This document shows, in pieces, positions 24,699-34,914 of a stretch of DNA of 39,966 bases. Under the pieces are notes generated by a model that did no database searches, was not told the DNA's origin, and saw nothing but the letters and a program-made list of their open reading frames with translations. A program made the position numbers and the translations under genes. Origin of the DNA: a candidate division WWE3 bacterium (lineage in GTDB: Bacteria; Patescibacteriota; 4484-211; GCA-002791395). The DNA is taken from positions 220,048 to 260,013 of the forward strand of contig JAAXWF010000003.1 in the NCBI GenBank assembly GCA_013335095.1. Direction: 5' to 3'. Numbering within the stretch: position 1 is the stretch's first letter; every line of letters starts with the position of its first letter.

Positions 24699-25265
24699 CT
24701 ACTTCTTAATTACCAAATGAGCAACAAATGAGTTTCCGGTATCTTCACCAGAAATATACACGGTATCATTAACTTTAAGCTTTGATAGTGTCTTCCCAAT
24801 AAACCGAGTTGAAGGAGTTATCATGAAATTTATATCTGATATTTTCGTCTTAACTTCCAAGGTATTCGATGTTTTGTCGATAATCTTACCTTCAGTAATA
24901 ATGACATTAGTACCTTCGCTTCCATATCCCTCTCCGTCACCGCGTTTAATGCGTACTATGTTGGCAGTAACGCGAGAACCATTAACTTTGCCAGTTAGAT
25001 CAATATAATCACCATTATGTAGAGCGGTATGTCTTGGTGTAATGACAGTCTTTCGATCATATGAAACTTTAATTGGATCAGAACCAGACGCATAAAATAC
25101 AAAAGAATTATTTGTCACCGAACCGACAACCCCATCTGCTAAGAGTGAATTTTTTGTATACAAAAAACGAGCTTGTACAATATCGGCACTCGCAAATAGC
25201 AAAAGTCCAGCAATACTTATGATCCCTAAACTACCGATGATTTTTTTTATTGTTTGCTTATTCAT
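24699..25265 (-). CDS. Secreted protein with two DUF5666-like OB-fold repeats
   Basis: Signal peptide; two G.(V/I)....T.......L..(G/N)D.(I/V)...G units. Confidence 0.65.
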   Translation of the reverse strand: MNKQTIKKIIGSLGIISIAGLLLFASADIVQARFLYTKNSLLADGVVGSVTNNSFVFYASGSDPIKVSYDRKTVITPRHTALHNGDYIDLTGKVNGSRVTANIVRIKRGDGEGYGSEGTNVIITEGKIIDKTSNTLEVKTKISDINFMITPSTRFIGKTLSKLKVNDTVYISGEDTGNSFVAHLVIKK

Positions 25266-25403
25266 GCCTCAAATACTAAGTTATACGGCTATCATTGTCA
25301 ATCAATATTATGACATAATTTGATAATAAACGTGTATAATTGATAGATAATTTACGAACCTGTAGTATAAAGTATTCAATAATTCTTGAGTTAATATACA
25401 TAT

Positions 25404-26402
25404 ATGAACGAATTACCTTCGAATAAACAATCTTGGTTCCATTTTTCAATAGGTGGTTTACTGGTTAGTCTTGCAGGATTTATTTTCCTCTGTAACAACT
25501 CAAAGATCGTATCATGGAACGTTTGGCTTCTTTTGGTTCAATTCTGGCCAGTACTGCTGATTATTTCTGGATTAACATTACTCACAAAAAGAAATAGTCG
25601 TGGTCGCATATTTATGAATACTGTGAGTACGTTCATTTTGGTTATACTTGTTTGCTTTGCTATTGCCTCAACAGATCAACGTATTGATACGAGACTAAGC
25701 CAAGCCATTCCTCAATGGAAGATGCTTTCTGATCGGTTTATTGGAGATACTCAAGAAAAAACACGAGAGGTGATTATCAATGACCAGCAGTTTGAATCAG
25801 CCGAAAAACGTACACTATCAATCAATTTTGGTAGTGGAGAACTCGATCTACACGATGACGACTCTGACAATTTTGCCAAGGTTAACGGCACTTATTACAA
25901 CATAGCCGCCGAACCTCGGGTTACTGCTGCTATGAATAATGCTACTGTATTGATTACAGTTGACCATGGATTTGAGATTGGGAAAATAAATCCTTTATTA
26001 AAAGACAAACGATATTCTGTTGTACTTGGACGACCACAACTTACTACAGACATATCAGTTCGAGTAGGTTCCGGCACCGGTACCGTGTCTGTATCTGCGT
26101 TACTACTTAACTCCGCTCAGTTTGAAGTTGGTTCGGGTGCGTTAACAATTGATCTTTCAAACAGTACGTCATTACCAAATCAACTCGATATAAATGTTGG
26201 CTCTGGATCTGCTACAGTATCTATTGCCCAGGGGATCGGAATTATGAGCACGATTCAAAAAGGAAGCGGAACCGTTACTATTGATAAAACCAATATTGAT
26301 GACGAAAACGAATATAAAACGCCATCGTATTCAACTGCGGAGCAAAAAGTAACACTAAATCTGCGTGTGGGATCTGGAAATATTGCGATCAGATATCTAT
26401 AA
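25404..26402 (+). CDS. Membrane protein with LiaF/DUF5668-like TM region and toast-rack/adhesin-like beta repeats
   Basis: FWPVLLIISGL motif; repeated (V/F)GSG units. Confidence 0.7.
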   Translation: MNELPSNKQSWFHFSIGGLLVSLAGFIFLCNNSKIVSWNVWLLLVQFWPVLLIISGLTLLTKRNSRGRIFMNTVSTFILVILVCFAIASTDQRIDTRLSQAIPQWKMLSDRFIGDTQEKTREVIINDQQFESAEKRTLSINFGSGELDLHDDDSDNFAKVNGTYYNIAAEPRVTAAMNNATVLITVDHGFEIGKINPLLKDKRYSVVLGRPQLTTDISVRVGSGTGTVSVSALLLNSAQFEVGSGALTIDLSNSTSLPNQLDINVGSGSATVSIAQGIGIMSTIQKGSGTVTIDKTNIDDENEYKTPSYSTAEQKVTLNLRVGSGNIAIRYL

Positions 26403-26457
26403 CAGATAACGTTGATGAATAGTATAGAATAATTAGTGTGTAAAGGAGGTGAATGTA

Positions 26458-27249
26458 ATGGAATCAACAACGTCTACAAATTCTTCGGTTCAACAACCTG
26501 CTCCGACATTAAATACACCTGTAGCAATCGTACTTGCTGGTTTATTAGTTGCCGGTGGTATTTATTTTGGTATGCAAAGTGGTGGCGTTACTGTACAGCG
26601 GGCAACCAATCCAGGTACGGTACCTGCCGTAATAACAGCAGGTCAAAAAGATCCAGAGATCACCACTCCCGCAGAAAAAGTTCAAGTATCTATCGATGAT
26701 GATGCAGTAGAAGGCAAGAAAGATGCACCGGTAACGCTTATTGAGTTCAGTGATTATGAATGTCCGTTCTGTAAACGAAGTTATGAAGATACTCTGGTGA
26801 GCTTACGAAAAGATTATATCGAAACAGGAAAGGTGAAAATGGTCTTTCGCGATTTCCCACTATCATTCCATGATCCTCTCGCTACAACTGAAGCTATTGC
26901 CGCAAATTGCGCTCGGGAACAAACAAATGACGAAGGATATTATAAGTACCATGATGAATTGTATAAACGTACGACCTCTAATGGTAATGGTCTTAAAGAA
27001 GAAGATTTAACTGCAATTGCAAAAGATCTTAAACTCGATGTATCCAAATTTGAAAATTGTCGCCAAAGCGGAAAATATCGAAGTGAAATAGAGAAGGATA
27101 TTACGGATGCAACAAACGCTGGCGTAACAGGTACTCCAACGTTCTTTGTTGGTAAATCAACGGAGAATGGTACGATTGAGGGTGAAATAATTGTCGGGGC
27201 AGTGCCATATGCCTCACTAAAACCGATTATTGATAAGTACCTCCAGTAG
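26458..27249 (+). CDS. DsbA family thioredoxin-fold oxidoreductase (start revised to ATG 26458)
   Basis: EFSDYECPFC, FRDFPL, GVTGTPTFF; N-terminal TM; SD AAGGAGGT. Confidence 0.92.
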   Translation: MESTTSTNSSVQQPAPTLNTPVAIVLAGLLVAGGIYFGMQSGGVTVQRATNPGTVPAVITAGQKDPEITTPAEKVQVSIDDDAVEGKKDAPVTLIEFSDYECPFCKRSYEDTLVSLRKDYIETGKVKMVFRDFPLSFHDPLATTEAIAANCAREQTNDEGYYKYHDELYKRTTSNGNGLKEEDLTAIAKDLKLDVSKFENCRQSGKYRSEIEKDITDATNAGVTGTPTFFVGKSTENGTIEGEIIVGAVPYASLKPIIDKYLQ

Positions 27250-27251
27250 TG

Positions 27252-27950
27252 TCAGTTATTAAAAACGGTGACTAAATAATTGTGTGAGCGGAGCCATTGG
27301 CGATGTTCGGAATAATTCGGATCGAAGCGTTCTACACATCGCCAAAAACTCTGTTTGTGATGGGGATAGATCAAATGACAGACCTCATGCACAACTACGT
27401 AATGCAATACGTCTGGTGGTACACACGCTAAAGCGATGTTAAAAGTTAGATATTTACTGTTTCGGCAACTTCCCCAAATAGATCGGGTATTTTTAATATT
27501 TATTGATTCATACGACGATTGCAACATATCCGAAAGTTGTTTTGCCACAGGTGTAATTATCGTTAACAAATATGATCTATAAGTCTTTTTTATCTGTTTT
27601 TTTATATCGTGTATTGTGATGATTGAGCTATCTTTAGATGTTTCATAAATTAAACGATTGTTATCAACAATAATCCGGTCGTACTTTCGCGCTGTATATC
27701 GAAATTCGAGCAGTTGAGATGTTCCTTGAAACGGTATGTGCCAGGTGCCACCGTGTTTTTTAATAACGAGCTCGCGCGGTGACATCGAACTCATCCGATC
27801 TTTTATCCAATCTTCATATTTACTGAGTACCGCATTTATCTCATTTTGACCTGTACGATATGGTACACGAAGACGGACGGCATCAGAAGAGATTACCTCA
27901 ATACTTATGGATTTTTTTCGACGTTTATTTTTTATTATCTGGATGTTCAT
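27252..27950 (-). CDS. M48/YgjP-like (DUF45) zinc metalloprotein
   Basis: WGSC, YVVVHEVCHL..PHH...FW. Confidence 0.9.
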   Translation of the reverse strand: MNIQIIKNKRRKKSISIEVISSDAVRLRVPYRTGQNEINAVLSKYEDWIKDRMSSMSPRELVIKKHGGTWHIPFQGTSQLLEFRYTARKYDRIIVDNNRLIYETSKDSSIITIHDIKKQIKKTYRSYLLTIITPVAKQLSDMLQSSYESINIKNTRSIWGSCRNSKYLTFNIALACVPPDVLHYVVVHEVCHLIYPHHKQSFWRCVERFDPNYSEHRQWLRSHNYLVTVFNN

Positions 27951-27986
27951 AAAAGTTGTTAACTATAATTTGGGGAATCAATTACG

Positions 27987-29633
27987 TTAATTTTTTTCGA
28001 GTTTTAGTATACAACCTTCTTTGGGTTTAAGATGTATGGTACAGACTAAATCTTGCGGATTATTGTGCGTATGCGTACGCATTATAACGGTGCCAAGAAG
28101 ACCTTTATGCTTTAATCTTAACTGTTTAATGGTCGATGTAAAATTCAACAATATAAGCATTTTTTCGGTTCTAAATGATCTAAGATAACCAATGACTCCT
28201 TCAGAACCATCGTATATGAGCTCAAAGGTTCCCTCAGACAACGAGCGATGATTATTTCGTAACTTAATAAGGGATTTGTACAAATGCAGTATGGAATTTG
28301 GACCTTTTTCTTGCTCTTGAACATTTTGTTCATTTTTAAACTCATTTGGTGGTAACCACGGCACGTGTGTACTAAATCCTACATACTTCGATGAGTTCCA
28401 TTGCATGGGGCCTCGTGAATAATCTCTTGTCCAATCACTCTTCGTATTTTTTGTATATGCATCTTGCCATTTATCTTTGCTAAGGGGCATTGATGCTAAT
28501 CCAATTTCATCACCATAGTACATCATCGGTGTTCCATGGAGCGTTAATAACATGAGTGCAGCTAATTTCAAATTGTGTTTACCAATGCGATCAGCAAGTC
28601 GTTCTTTGTCATGATTTCCAAGAACGTACATTGGCCAACTTGATCGTGGGAGTTTCTTTTCATACATTTTTAAATGTGCACCAATCTTTTTTGCTTCCCA
28701 TGGAGTTTTAAGAAGTAAAAAATCAAACGGCAATTGAACACCACGGCCATGGTCATAGAAACGTTGAATAAAATCAATCGAGCGGGCTTCAACCTCACCG
28801 ATACCAACCGCATCATATAAATCTAATACACGTCGGAATACCGCAATGATCTGATGAACCTCAGGTTGATAATAGGTCTTACTAAAATCGAATTTTTTCA
28901 CTTGAGGATCGACATTCTTTTTATATGCAAGATTGCAGGGTGCGTCTTTAAACGTTGGATCAAAAAGCAATCTATCGACGACATCCATGCGAAAACCATC
29001 CACACCTCGCTTAAGCCAAAAATGCATAATATCAACAAGCGCTTGATTAACTTTAGGATTCCAATTATTAAGATCGGGCTGTTGAGGAGCAAACTTATGG
29101 AGATAATACTGATTTGTTGTTTTGTCGAGGGTCCATGCCGATCCTCCAAAGTAGCTCAACCAATTATTCGGTGGGCCGCCATCCGGAGCAGGATCTCGCC
29201 ACACATACCAATCTCTCAAAGAGTTGTTTCTACTTGCTCGAGACTTAATAAACCAAGGATGTTGATCACTTGTATGGTTTGCGACCAAATCCATAATTAC
29301 GCGAATTGAGTGCTGATGAGCGGCTTCTATTAGTCGGTTAAAAATCGTTAACGTACCAAAACTAGGATCAATATTTCTATAGTCCGAAACATCATATCCA
29401 TGATCGAACATCGGCGAAGGATACACGGGAGATAACCAAATCGCACCAATACCCAATGAATTTGATGATCCATTAAGATAATCCAGTGAATCAATGATTC
29501 CTTGTAAGTCACCAATACCGTCACCATTCGAATCCTTGAAACTGCGTGGATATATCTGATACATGACAATATTTCGCCACCATTTTGGTGATTGAGGTAC
29601 CGATGGAATTAAAAAATTAATATCCTGGTTCAT
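27987..29633 (-). CDS. GH13 alpha-glucosidase / oligo-1,6-glucosidase
   Basis: YQIYPRSFKDSNGDGIGDL, DLVANHTSD, GVDGFRMDV, NHD motifs. Confidence 0.93.
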   Translation of the reverse strand: MNQDINFLIPSVPQSPKWWRNIVMYQIYPRSFKDSNGDGIGDLQGIIDSLDYLNGSSNSLGIGAIWLSPVYPSPMFDHGYDVSDYRNIDPSFGTLTIFNRLIEAAHQHSIRVIMDLVANHTSDQHPWFIKSRASRNNSLRDWYVWRDPAPDGGPPNNWLSYFGGSAWTLDKTTNQYYLHKFAPQQPDLNNWNPKVNQALVDIMHFWLKRGVDGFRMDVVDRLLFDPTFKDAPCNLAYKKNVDPQVKKFDFSKTYYQPEVHQIIAVFRRVLDLYDAVGIGEVEARSIDFIQRFYDHGRGVQLPFDFLLLKTPWEAKKIGAHLKMYEKKLPRSSWPMYVLGNHDKERLADRIGKHNLKLAALMLLTLHGTPMMYYGDEIGLASMPLSKDKWQDAYTKNTKSDWTRDYSRGPMQWNSSKYVGFSTHVPWLPPNEFKNEQNVQEQEKGPNSILHLYKSLIKLRNNHRSLSEGTFELIYDGSEGVIGYLRSFRTEKMLILLNFTSTIKQLRLKHKGLLGTVIMRTHTHNNPQDLVCTIHLKPKEGCILKLEKN

Positions 29634-29635
29634 AT

Positions 29636-30916
29636 CTATCTACGAACGATGACGACTGCATTTGGCAGTAGTCGGCCTGGCCCGACCTTGTACGCACCAT
29701 TAATATATAAAGCCGATGATCCTCCTCCATCAAGATTTAATGCGTCTGTCGCGCCAAGTGATTGCATAACATACGCAGCATCAACAACAGTCGCAGAGGA
29801 TATCAGGGCTAAATAGACATGAGAGCCATTAGTACCGATCGCACCCCGAACACCTTTTACATCTTTTTGATAAGAAGCGAGCTGATTCACATCAACAATG
29901 ACATTTGATTGCTCAACTAATGAAGGGAAGTTTGCGATTCCAGCGGTTACAGTGCTTAGTGAATAATTTTTACTTTCACGGTAAAATTGCGGGGTAGATC
30001 CATTAAAAGTTGCTAAACCAATATTATTCCATGATAAACTATGCTGATTAATCCACGTATTGGAGCTAGAGTTAAATACAGAAAAATCATAGCTGTATTT
30101 TTTTGCTACGCATGTTGAATAATCAGGTGGACAAAAGTAAGTACCGTTCATTCCGGCATAGGCATTATTTTCTTGAACATATGAGGCAAGGGTCTTTGCC
30201 GGACAATTATCGCTACAGTTTTCAGTATTCGCTGTAACCGTTTTGACCGAGTAGCTCGACAGCGGTAACTTGATCACATAGGCATTAAACGTTCCCCGAG
30301 ACGTTTTAACCAATTGATAACTATATCCTTCGACTGGTTTTGATGGCGCAGAGCTGGTTGGTGTAATTGGCCTAGGTGATGGGGTTGGGGTCGGAAGGGT
30401 TGCTAAATACTGTGAATAATCTTTTTCCAAAGCTACTTTGGAAGATTCAATCTCCTGCTCAATTTGATCGTATTTTTGCTCGAGCATTAAACTACCCCAA
30501 ACCGACATCGATTGTTGATATGATTGAGTATCGAGATGTACGTCTTGGTTGCGTTCAATCGTCTTTTTTACCTCCTGATATTTTTTTGTAATCTCATCAA
30601 TACGCGATAACTTTGCTTGAGCATCTTGTGATTTAAATTGTTCATACTCGTATTCGACTTGTAGTTTTGATTCAATCAGAGCAAACTGTTCCATTTGTTT
30701 TAACTGATTTTCGTATAACGTTTTTTCGTAATCAGTTTGTAATTGATAATATTGTTTTTTAAACACCGACGCGGATGTGTGGAACTGCTGTAATGAGGAA
30801 CTCGAAGTCGAGACAATATACGAAAAGACTTCAGAGAATAACAATAATAATATGAAAGTTACTCCTAGTGAAATTATTCGATCATGCGAAAGTGATCTAA
30901 GCGAGTGCAGTGGCAT
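29636..30916 (-). CDS. Membrane-anchored phosphodiester glycosidase (NAGPA) family protein
   Basis: N-terminal TM, coiled coil, PTPTP linker, MNGTYF and ALNLDGGGSS. Confidence 0.85.
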   Translation of the reverse strand: MPLHSLRSLSHDRIISLGVTFILLLLFSEVFSYIVSTSSSSLQQFHTSASVFKKQYYQLQTDYEKTLYENQLKQMEQFALIESKLQVEYEYEQFKSQDAQAKLSRIDEITKKYQEVKKTIERNQDVHLDTQSYQQSMSVWGSLMLEQKYDQIEQEIESSKVALEKDYSQYLATLPTPTPSPRPITPTSSAPSKPVEGYSYQLVKTSRGTFNAYVIKLPLSSYSVKTVTANTENCSDNCPAKTLASYVQENNAYAGMNGTYFCPPDYSTCVAKKYSYDFSVFNSSSNTWINQHSLSWNNIGLATFNGSTPQFYRESKNYSLSTVTAGIANFPSLVEQSNVIVDVNQLASYQKDVKGVRGAIGTNGSHVYLALISSATVVDAAYVMQSLGATDALNLDGGGSSALYINGAYKVGPGRLLPNAVVIVRR

Positions 30917-31013
30917 ATATTTTATTAAATCCTGAATACACCTCTATTGGCAAGAACAAAACGATATTCAATCATCGAGCTATACATGTTACAATAACTT
31001 TTAATAAGTACGT

Positions 31014-32738
31014 ATGAAGTATTCGTCAATTTTTGGTAAAACCGTAAAAACAGTACCCGCAGAACTGAGTGCGATTAGCCATAAGCTCTTGTATCAAGGG
31101 GGATTCATTCGAGATATCTCGACAGGCCGCTATGCGTTCTTACCGCTTGGCATGAAGGTTCGACAAAAAATCATGCAAATCATCGAGGAAGAACTAAAAG
31201 AAACAGGCTCTCAACTTGTTGTAACACCAACACTTCATCCAATAGAATTCTGGACTGCAACGAATCGTGACAAAGCGTTTGGAAGTGAAATGCTTATCGT
31301 TGAAGACCATCATGGTGCAACGTTTGCGATTGGTGGAACGGCTGAAGGTATGATGGTCGAACTAGTTAAAAAATTCAAGCCATCGTATCGGGATCTACCG
31401 ATACGAATACATCAGTACAGCGAAAAGTTCCGTGACGAGAAACGTCCACGGGGAGGATTACTTAGAGTACGCGAATTTATTATGAAAGATGCGTATTCTT
31501 TCGACTCATCAGAAGAAGCGATGATGGAATCGTACTGGGCATTTTATAACGCCTATCAACGTATATTTGCTCGCTTAGAACTCGAAGCGATTCCGATTGA
31601 AGCGGATTCAGGTGCGATCGGCGGTGACTTTAATCATGAATTTATTGTTAAATGTGATGTCGGTGAAGGCTCTGCTTTTACCTGCACTCGATGTGAATAT
31701 CGCGCTCATGAAGATCGAGCTGAATTCCACCGAGACAATATCAATCTTGAAGACGAAGAGCTACCTATGGAGACAATTGAACAGCCCGAATGGGTCAAAA
31801 CAATGGAAGATAATGAGAAACATTATGGTTTACCCCAGAGTCGTTACCTTAAAAATGTAGTTTTCAAAGATGATAACGATAAACTGATCATTGCAGTAAT
31901 GCGGGGAGATCTCGAGGCTAACCCGGCTAAAATTAAGAAAGTACTCGGATTAAGTAATATTGATGAAGCATCAGACGAAGATCTAAAACGGATTGGTTCA
32001 AAACCGGGCTACGTCCACTCATGGGGTTATAAAGATGTCACAATGATTGGCGATCTATCACTTACTACCGTAAAAAACTTTATTGGAGGGCAGAAAACTG
32101 ACACACACGATACTAAAAATGTTAACTATGGTCGAGATTTTCAAGTCGATATGTTAGCTGATATCGCACTGGCTCCTGATGGTGCAGAATGCACCCGTTG
32201 TTCTGGGAAACTTAAATTATTCAAAGGGATAGAGGTCGGACATGTATTTAAATTTGATGACTTTTACACCAAGCCGATGGGTGGCACCTTCACCAATGAT
32301 GAGGGAGAATTGAAATCAATCTTCATGGGATCATATGGAATAGGTATTGGTCGGGCAATGGCAACCATTGTCGAGACTCATCATGATGAAAAAGGAATAA
32401 TGTGGCCGTGGTCTGTTGCACCGTTTCATGCACATATAGTTCAGTTATCCGAAGATCTTGAAGTGGCCCAATTAGCCAAACACGTCCACGATCATCTCGA
32501 AAGAGAATTAGGATGGGATGTACTTCTGGATGATCGAACCAATGTTACGGCTGGCGAAAAGTTTTCGGATGCAGATCTGCTTGGTCTACCACTTCGAATC
32601 GTAGTGAGTCGTAAAACAATTGCCCAAGATCAATCTGTCGAGGTCCGACGACGAGATTCAAATGAATCAATACTTATACCAACAGGAAACGATTTTAACG
32701 AACGTATTATAGAATTAGTTGAAAATCTACCTTCGTAA
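31014..32738 (+). CDS. proS: Proline--tRNA ligase (bacterial type with insertion domain)
   Basis: KFRDEKRPRGGLLRVREFIMKDAYSF, GIEVGHVF, MGSYGIGIGR. Confidence 0.97.
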   Translation: MKYSSIFGKTVKTVPAELSAISHKLLYQGGFIRDISTGRYAFLPLGMKVRQKIMQIIEEELKETGSQLVVTPTLHPIEFWTATNRDKAFGSEMLIVEDHHGATFAIGGTAEGMMVELVKKFKPSYRDLPIRIHQYSEKFRDEKRPRGGLLRVREFIMKDAYSFDSSEEAMMESYWAFYNAYQRIFARLELEAIPIEADSGAIGGDFNHEFIVKCDVGEGSAFTCTRCEYRAHEDRAEFHRDNINLEDEELPMETIEQPEWVKTMEDNEKHYGLPQSRYLKNVVFKDDNDKLIIAVMRGDLEANPAKIKKVLGLSNIDEASDEDLKRIGSKPGYVHSWGYKDVTMIGDLSLTTVKNFIGGQKTDTHDTKNVNYGRDFQVDMLADIALAPDGAECTRCSGKLKLFKGIEVGHVFKFDDFYTKPMGGTFTNDEGELKSIFMGSYGIGIGRAMATIVETHHDEKGIMWPWSVAPFHAHIVQLSEDLEVAQLAKHVHDHLERELGWDVLLDDRTNVTAGEKFSDADLLGLPLRIVVSRKTIAQDQSVEVRRRDSNESILIPTGNDFNERIIELVENLPS

Positions 32739-32769
32739 CACGTTATTCCACATAATTTTTTAAGACAAT

Positions 32770-34107
32770 TTATTCGTTGGAAGATTCTTGTATGCTAGAT
32801 AAGCGAAAATCGACTCGCTCCATATCACGTGGAAACATCGTTGCTTCACGAATATTACTTAAGCCAAGGATCTGTTTGGTGATTCGTTCTGCTCCAAATG
32901 CAAAACCACCTTCGGGGGGGACACCGTACGAGAATGCTTCAAGAAACATCCGAATTTTTGAAGGATCCATATTCCACTTTTCGACATGATCGATTAACTG
33001 CTGATAATCATTAATACGGCGACCACCCGATAACCATTCAACTCCGCGGCATAAAAGATCTATCCCTTCATTGAATTCGGGATTATCGGGCTGAGGATAG
33101 ACATAGAATGGCTTCTTCATTGTCGGGTATCCATACACAAACACTAATTCAGAACCGGTTTCTTTAAATACGATTTCACACAGATCTCGTTCGTCTTCGG
33201 GATTCAAATCTTTTTCACCACGTACATCTCGCCCGGTGGATTGGTAAATTTTTTCTTGCGCCTCAGTTAAACTAATTGTGGGAGTCTTTTCGACCGTTAC
33301 AGGAATTGTAGCGTTGAACATCTTTAGTTCCTCGGCACATGTTCTCGATAACCGTTCAAAGATATGCTTAACACATTCTTCAGAGACATCACGTACATCT
33401 TCCCATGATTCGATAAAACCCATCTCAGCGTCGAGTGAAACAATTTCGGTAAGATGACGACTGGTAACACTTGGTTCGGCACGGAATATCTTGTTTACCG
33501 AGAAGACTCGTTCAAAAGCCGACATTGCGATCTGTTTATATAACTGAGGGCTTTGAGTAAGATACGTTTTATACTGAAAATACGATACTTCAAAAACTTC
33601 GGCTCCGCCTTCTGCAAATGCTGGCACAATCGAAGGGGCCTGAAATTCCATAAACTCATTATTTTTCATGAATTCACGAAATCCATCAATAATTTCTGCT
33701 TGGACTTTAAATATGGCTTGAATCATTGGGTGTCGTAACGTTAAAGCACGATGATCTAATAACGTTGGAAGTTCAAGGTCAAGTTGCTCCTTGCTAATAT
33801 CAAACGGCAAGGGACCAGCTGATGCTAAAACTTTGTATGATTCGACATCAAGCTCTACCGTACCAAGAGGAAGATTCGGGTTTATGGAGCGTTCATTACG
33901 TTTTTTAACCGTACCGATAACTTCAACGACGTCTTCATTATGAAGCTCAGACATCTTTTGGTACGCAACTAATTGAAGCTTACCTGATCGGTCTCGCAAA
34001 TCGATGAAGGTAATCTTTCCATGATCACGTTTGGTATGAACCCATCCGCAAATACGAACCTTTTCATCGATAGTGTTGATTGTATTTTTTATAAGTGTTC
34101 TTTGCAT
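32770..34107 (-). CDS. aspS: Aspartate--tRNA(Asp/Asn) ligase, short non-discriminating type (start revised to ATG 34107)
   Basis: OB-fold GWV...RDHGK..FIDLRDRSG; YLTQSPQLYKQ, FRAEPS.TSRHL, PPEGGFAFGAER; 445 aa without GAD domain. Confidence 0.9.
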   Translation of the reverse strand: MQRTLIKNTINTIDEKVRICGWVHTKRDHGKITFIDLRDRSGKLQLVAYQKMSELHNEDVVEVIGTVKKRNERSINPNLPLGTVELDVESYKVLASAGPLPFDISKEQLDLELPTLLDHRALTLRHPMIQAIFKVQAEIIDGFREFMKNNEFMEFQAPSIVPAFAEGGAEVFEVSYFQYKTYLTQSPQLYKQIAMSAFERVFSVNKIFRAEPSVTSRHLTEIVSLDAEMGFIESWEDVRDVSEECVKHIFERLSRTCAEELKMFNATIPVTVEKTPTISLTEAQEKIYQSTGRDVRGEKDLNPEDERDLCEIVFKETGSELVFVYGYPTMKKPFYVYPQPDNPEFNEGIDLLCRGVEWLSGGRRINDYQQLIDHVEKWNMDPSKIRMFLEAFSYGVPPEGGFAFGAERITKQILGLSNIREATMFPRDMERVDFRLSSIQESSNE

Positions 34108-34306
34108 AAAAAAAGCCCTTACATGACTACTCAATATCGTATCGGGTAATCAGGTAAGGGCGATCTTTATTTCGCGGTGCCACCTTACTTTGTTCTTTAT
34201 TTAAGCGTTTACGGGCATACCCGTGAGAATCTACTTATCTTATTCTCTTGCGATAATAAAGATGTTCTGTCTCATGCTCAGCTGTGTCAGCAGCTTCATT
34301 GCGTGT
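34108..34306 (-). ncRNA. T-box riboswitch leader of aspS (Asp GAC specifier)
   Basis: AAGGTGGCACCGCG T-box (34173-34186), partner CGCCCTT, terminator GCCCTTAC...GTAAGGGC-T7, short stem I AGCTG-ctGACa-CAGCT, TATAAT at 34313-34318. Confidence 0.85.
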
Positions 34307-34313
34307 ACAGTCA

Positions 34314-34838
34314 TTATACGATTGAACCTTGGACTGTCAATCGGATGAAATAAAGGTACAGATCTTGCCACACATAAAAAATCTCCCACCCGTGATAGCC
34401 TTGAAATAACCGATCCAGTGATAGATAAAAAAAACCAATAATAAGTGCCCACAAGATCCCATGACTAACCCAACCAATTAAAGACGAAGGAAATATCATG
34501 TTAATAATCGGAAGTTGATACCAACAGATTGGAACATATTCCATATCGTCATCCATAGGAAGGACAGACTCAGGCTCTGTGATGCTTCTCTTTGGTAGAT
34601 GTAACTTAGGCAATGCAGGTAATAAAGATATCAGTTTAGTAAATTGATTAGAAACGATACGAAAAAAAGACTGAAGTATCGAAAGGGGATATTCAATCCA
34701 AACAAACCCGGCTAATGCAAGCAAGGAAGATCCTATAGCAAATACGGTCCATCGCAAAATTAGTAAAATCTGCGCAAACGACATCAGCGTGACGCTGGTA
34801 GCGAGTAAAAATATAGTGAGATTCGTCTTCGTTCGCAT
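34314..34838 (-). CDS. Hypothetical membrane protein
   Basis: Several hydrophobic segments; TATAAT 9 nt before ATG. Confidence 0.65.
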   Translation of the reverse strand: MRTKTNLTIFLLATSVTLMSFAQILLILRWTVFAIGSSLLALAGFVWIEYPLSILQSFFRIVSNQFTKLISLLPALPKLHLPKRSITEPESVLPMDDDMEYVPICWYQLPIINMIFPSSLIGWVSHGILWALIIGFFYLSLDRLFQGYHGWEIFYVWQDLYLYFIRLTVQGSIV

Positions 34839-34914
34839 GTTGGGGCTATTATATGGCTATGGGTCAAGATATGGGAGGACGAATTTACGAGCAATTATGA
34901 TACAATCTTCATAG

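Noticed and set aside
34240-34452. 70-aa minus-strand ORF upstream of aspS
   Set aside because: Overlaps the 34314-34838 gene in another frame and the T-box leader; no initiation signal.
34872-34879. GGGAGG as the ileS Shine-Dalgarno
   Set aside because: About 36 nt from the ATG and upstream of the predicted -10 box.
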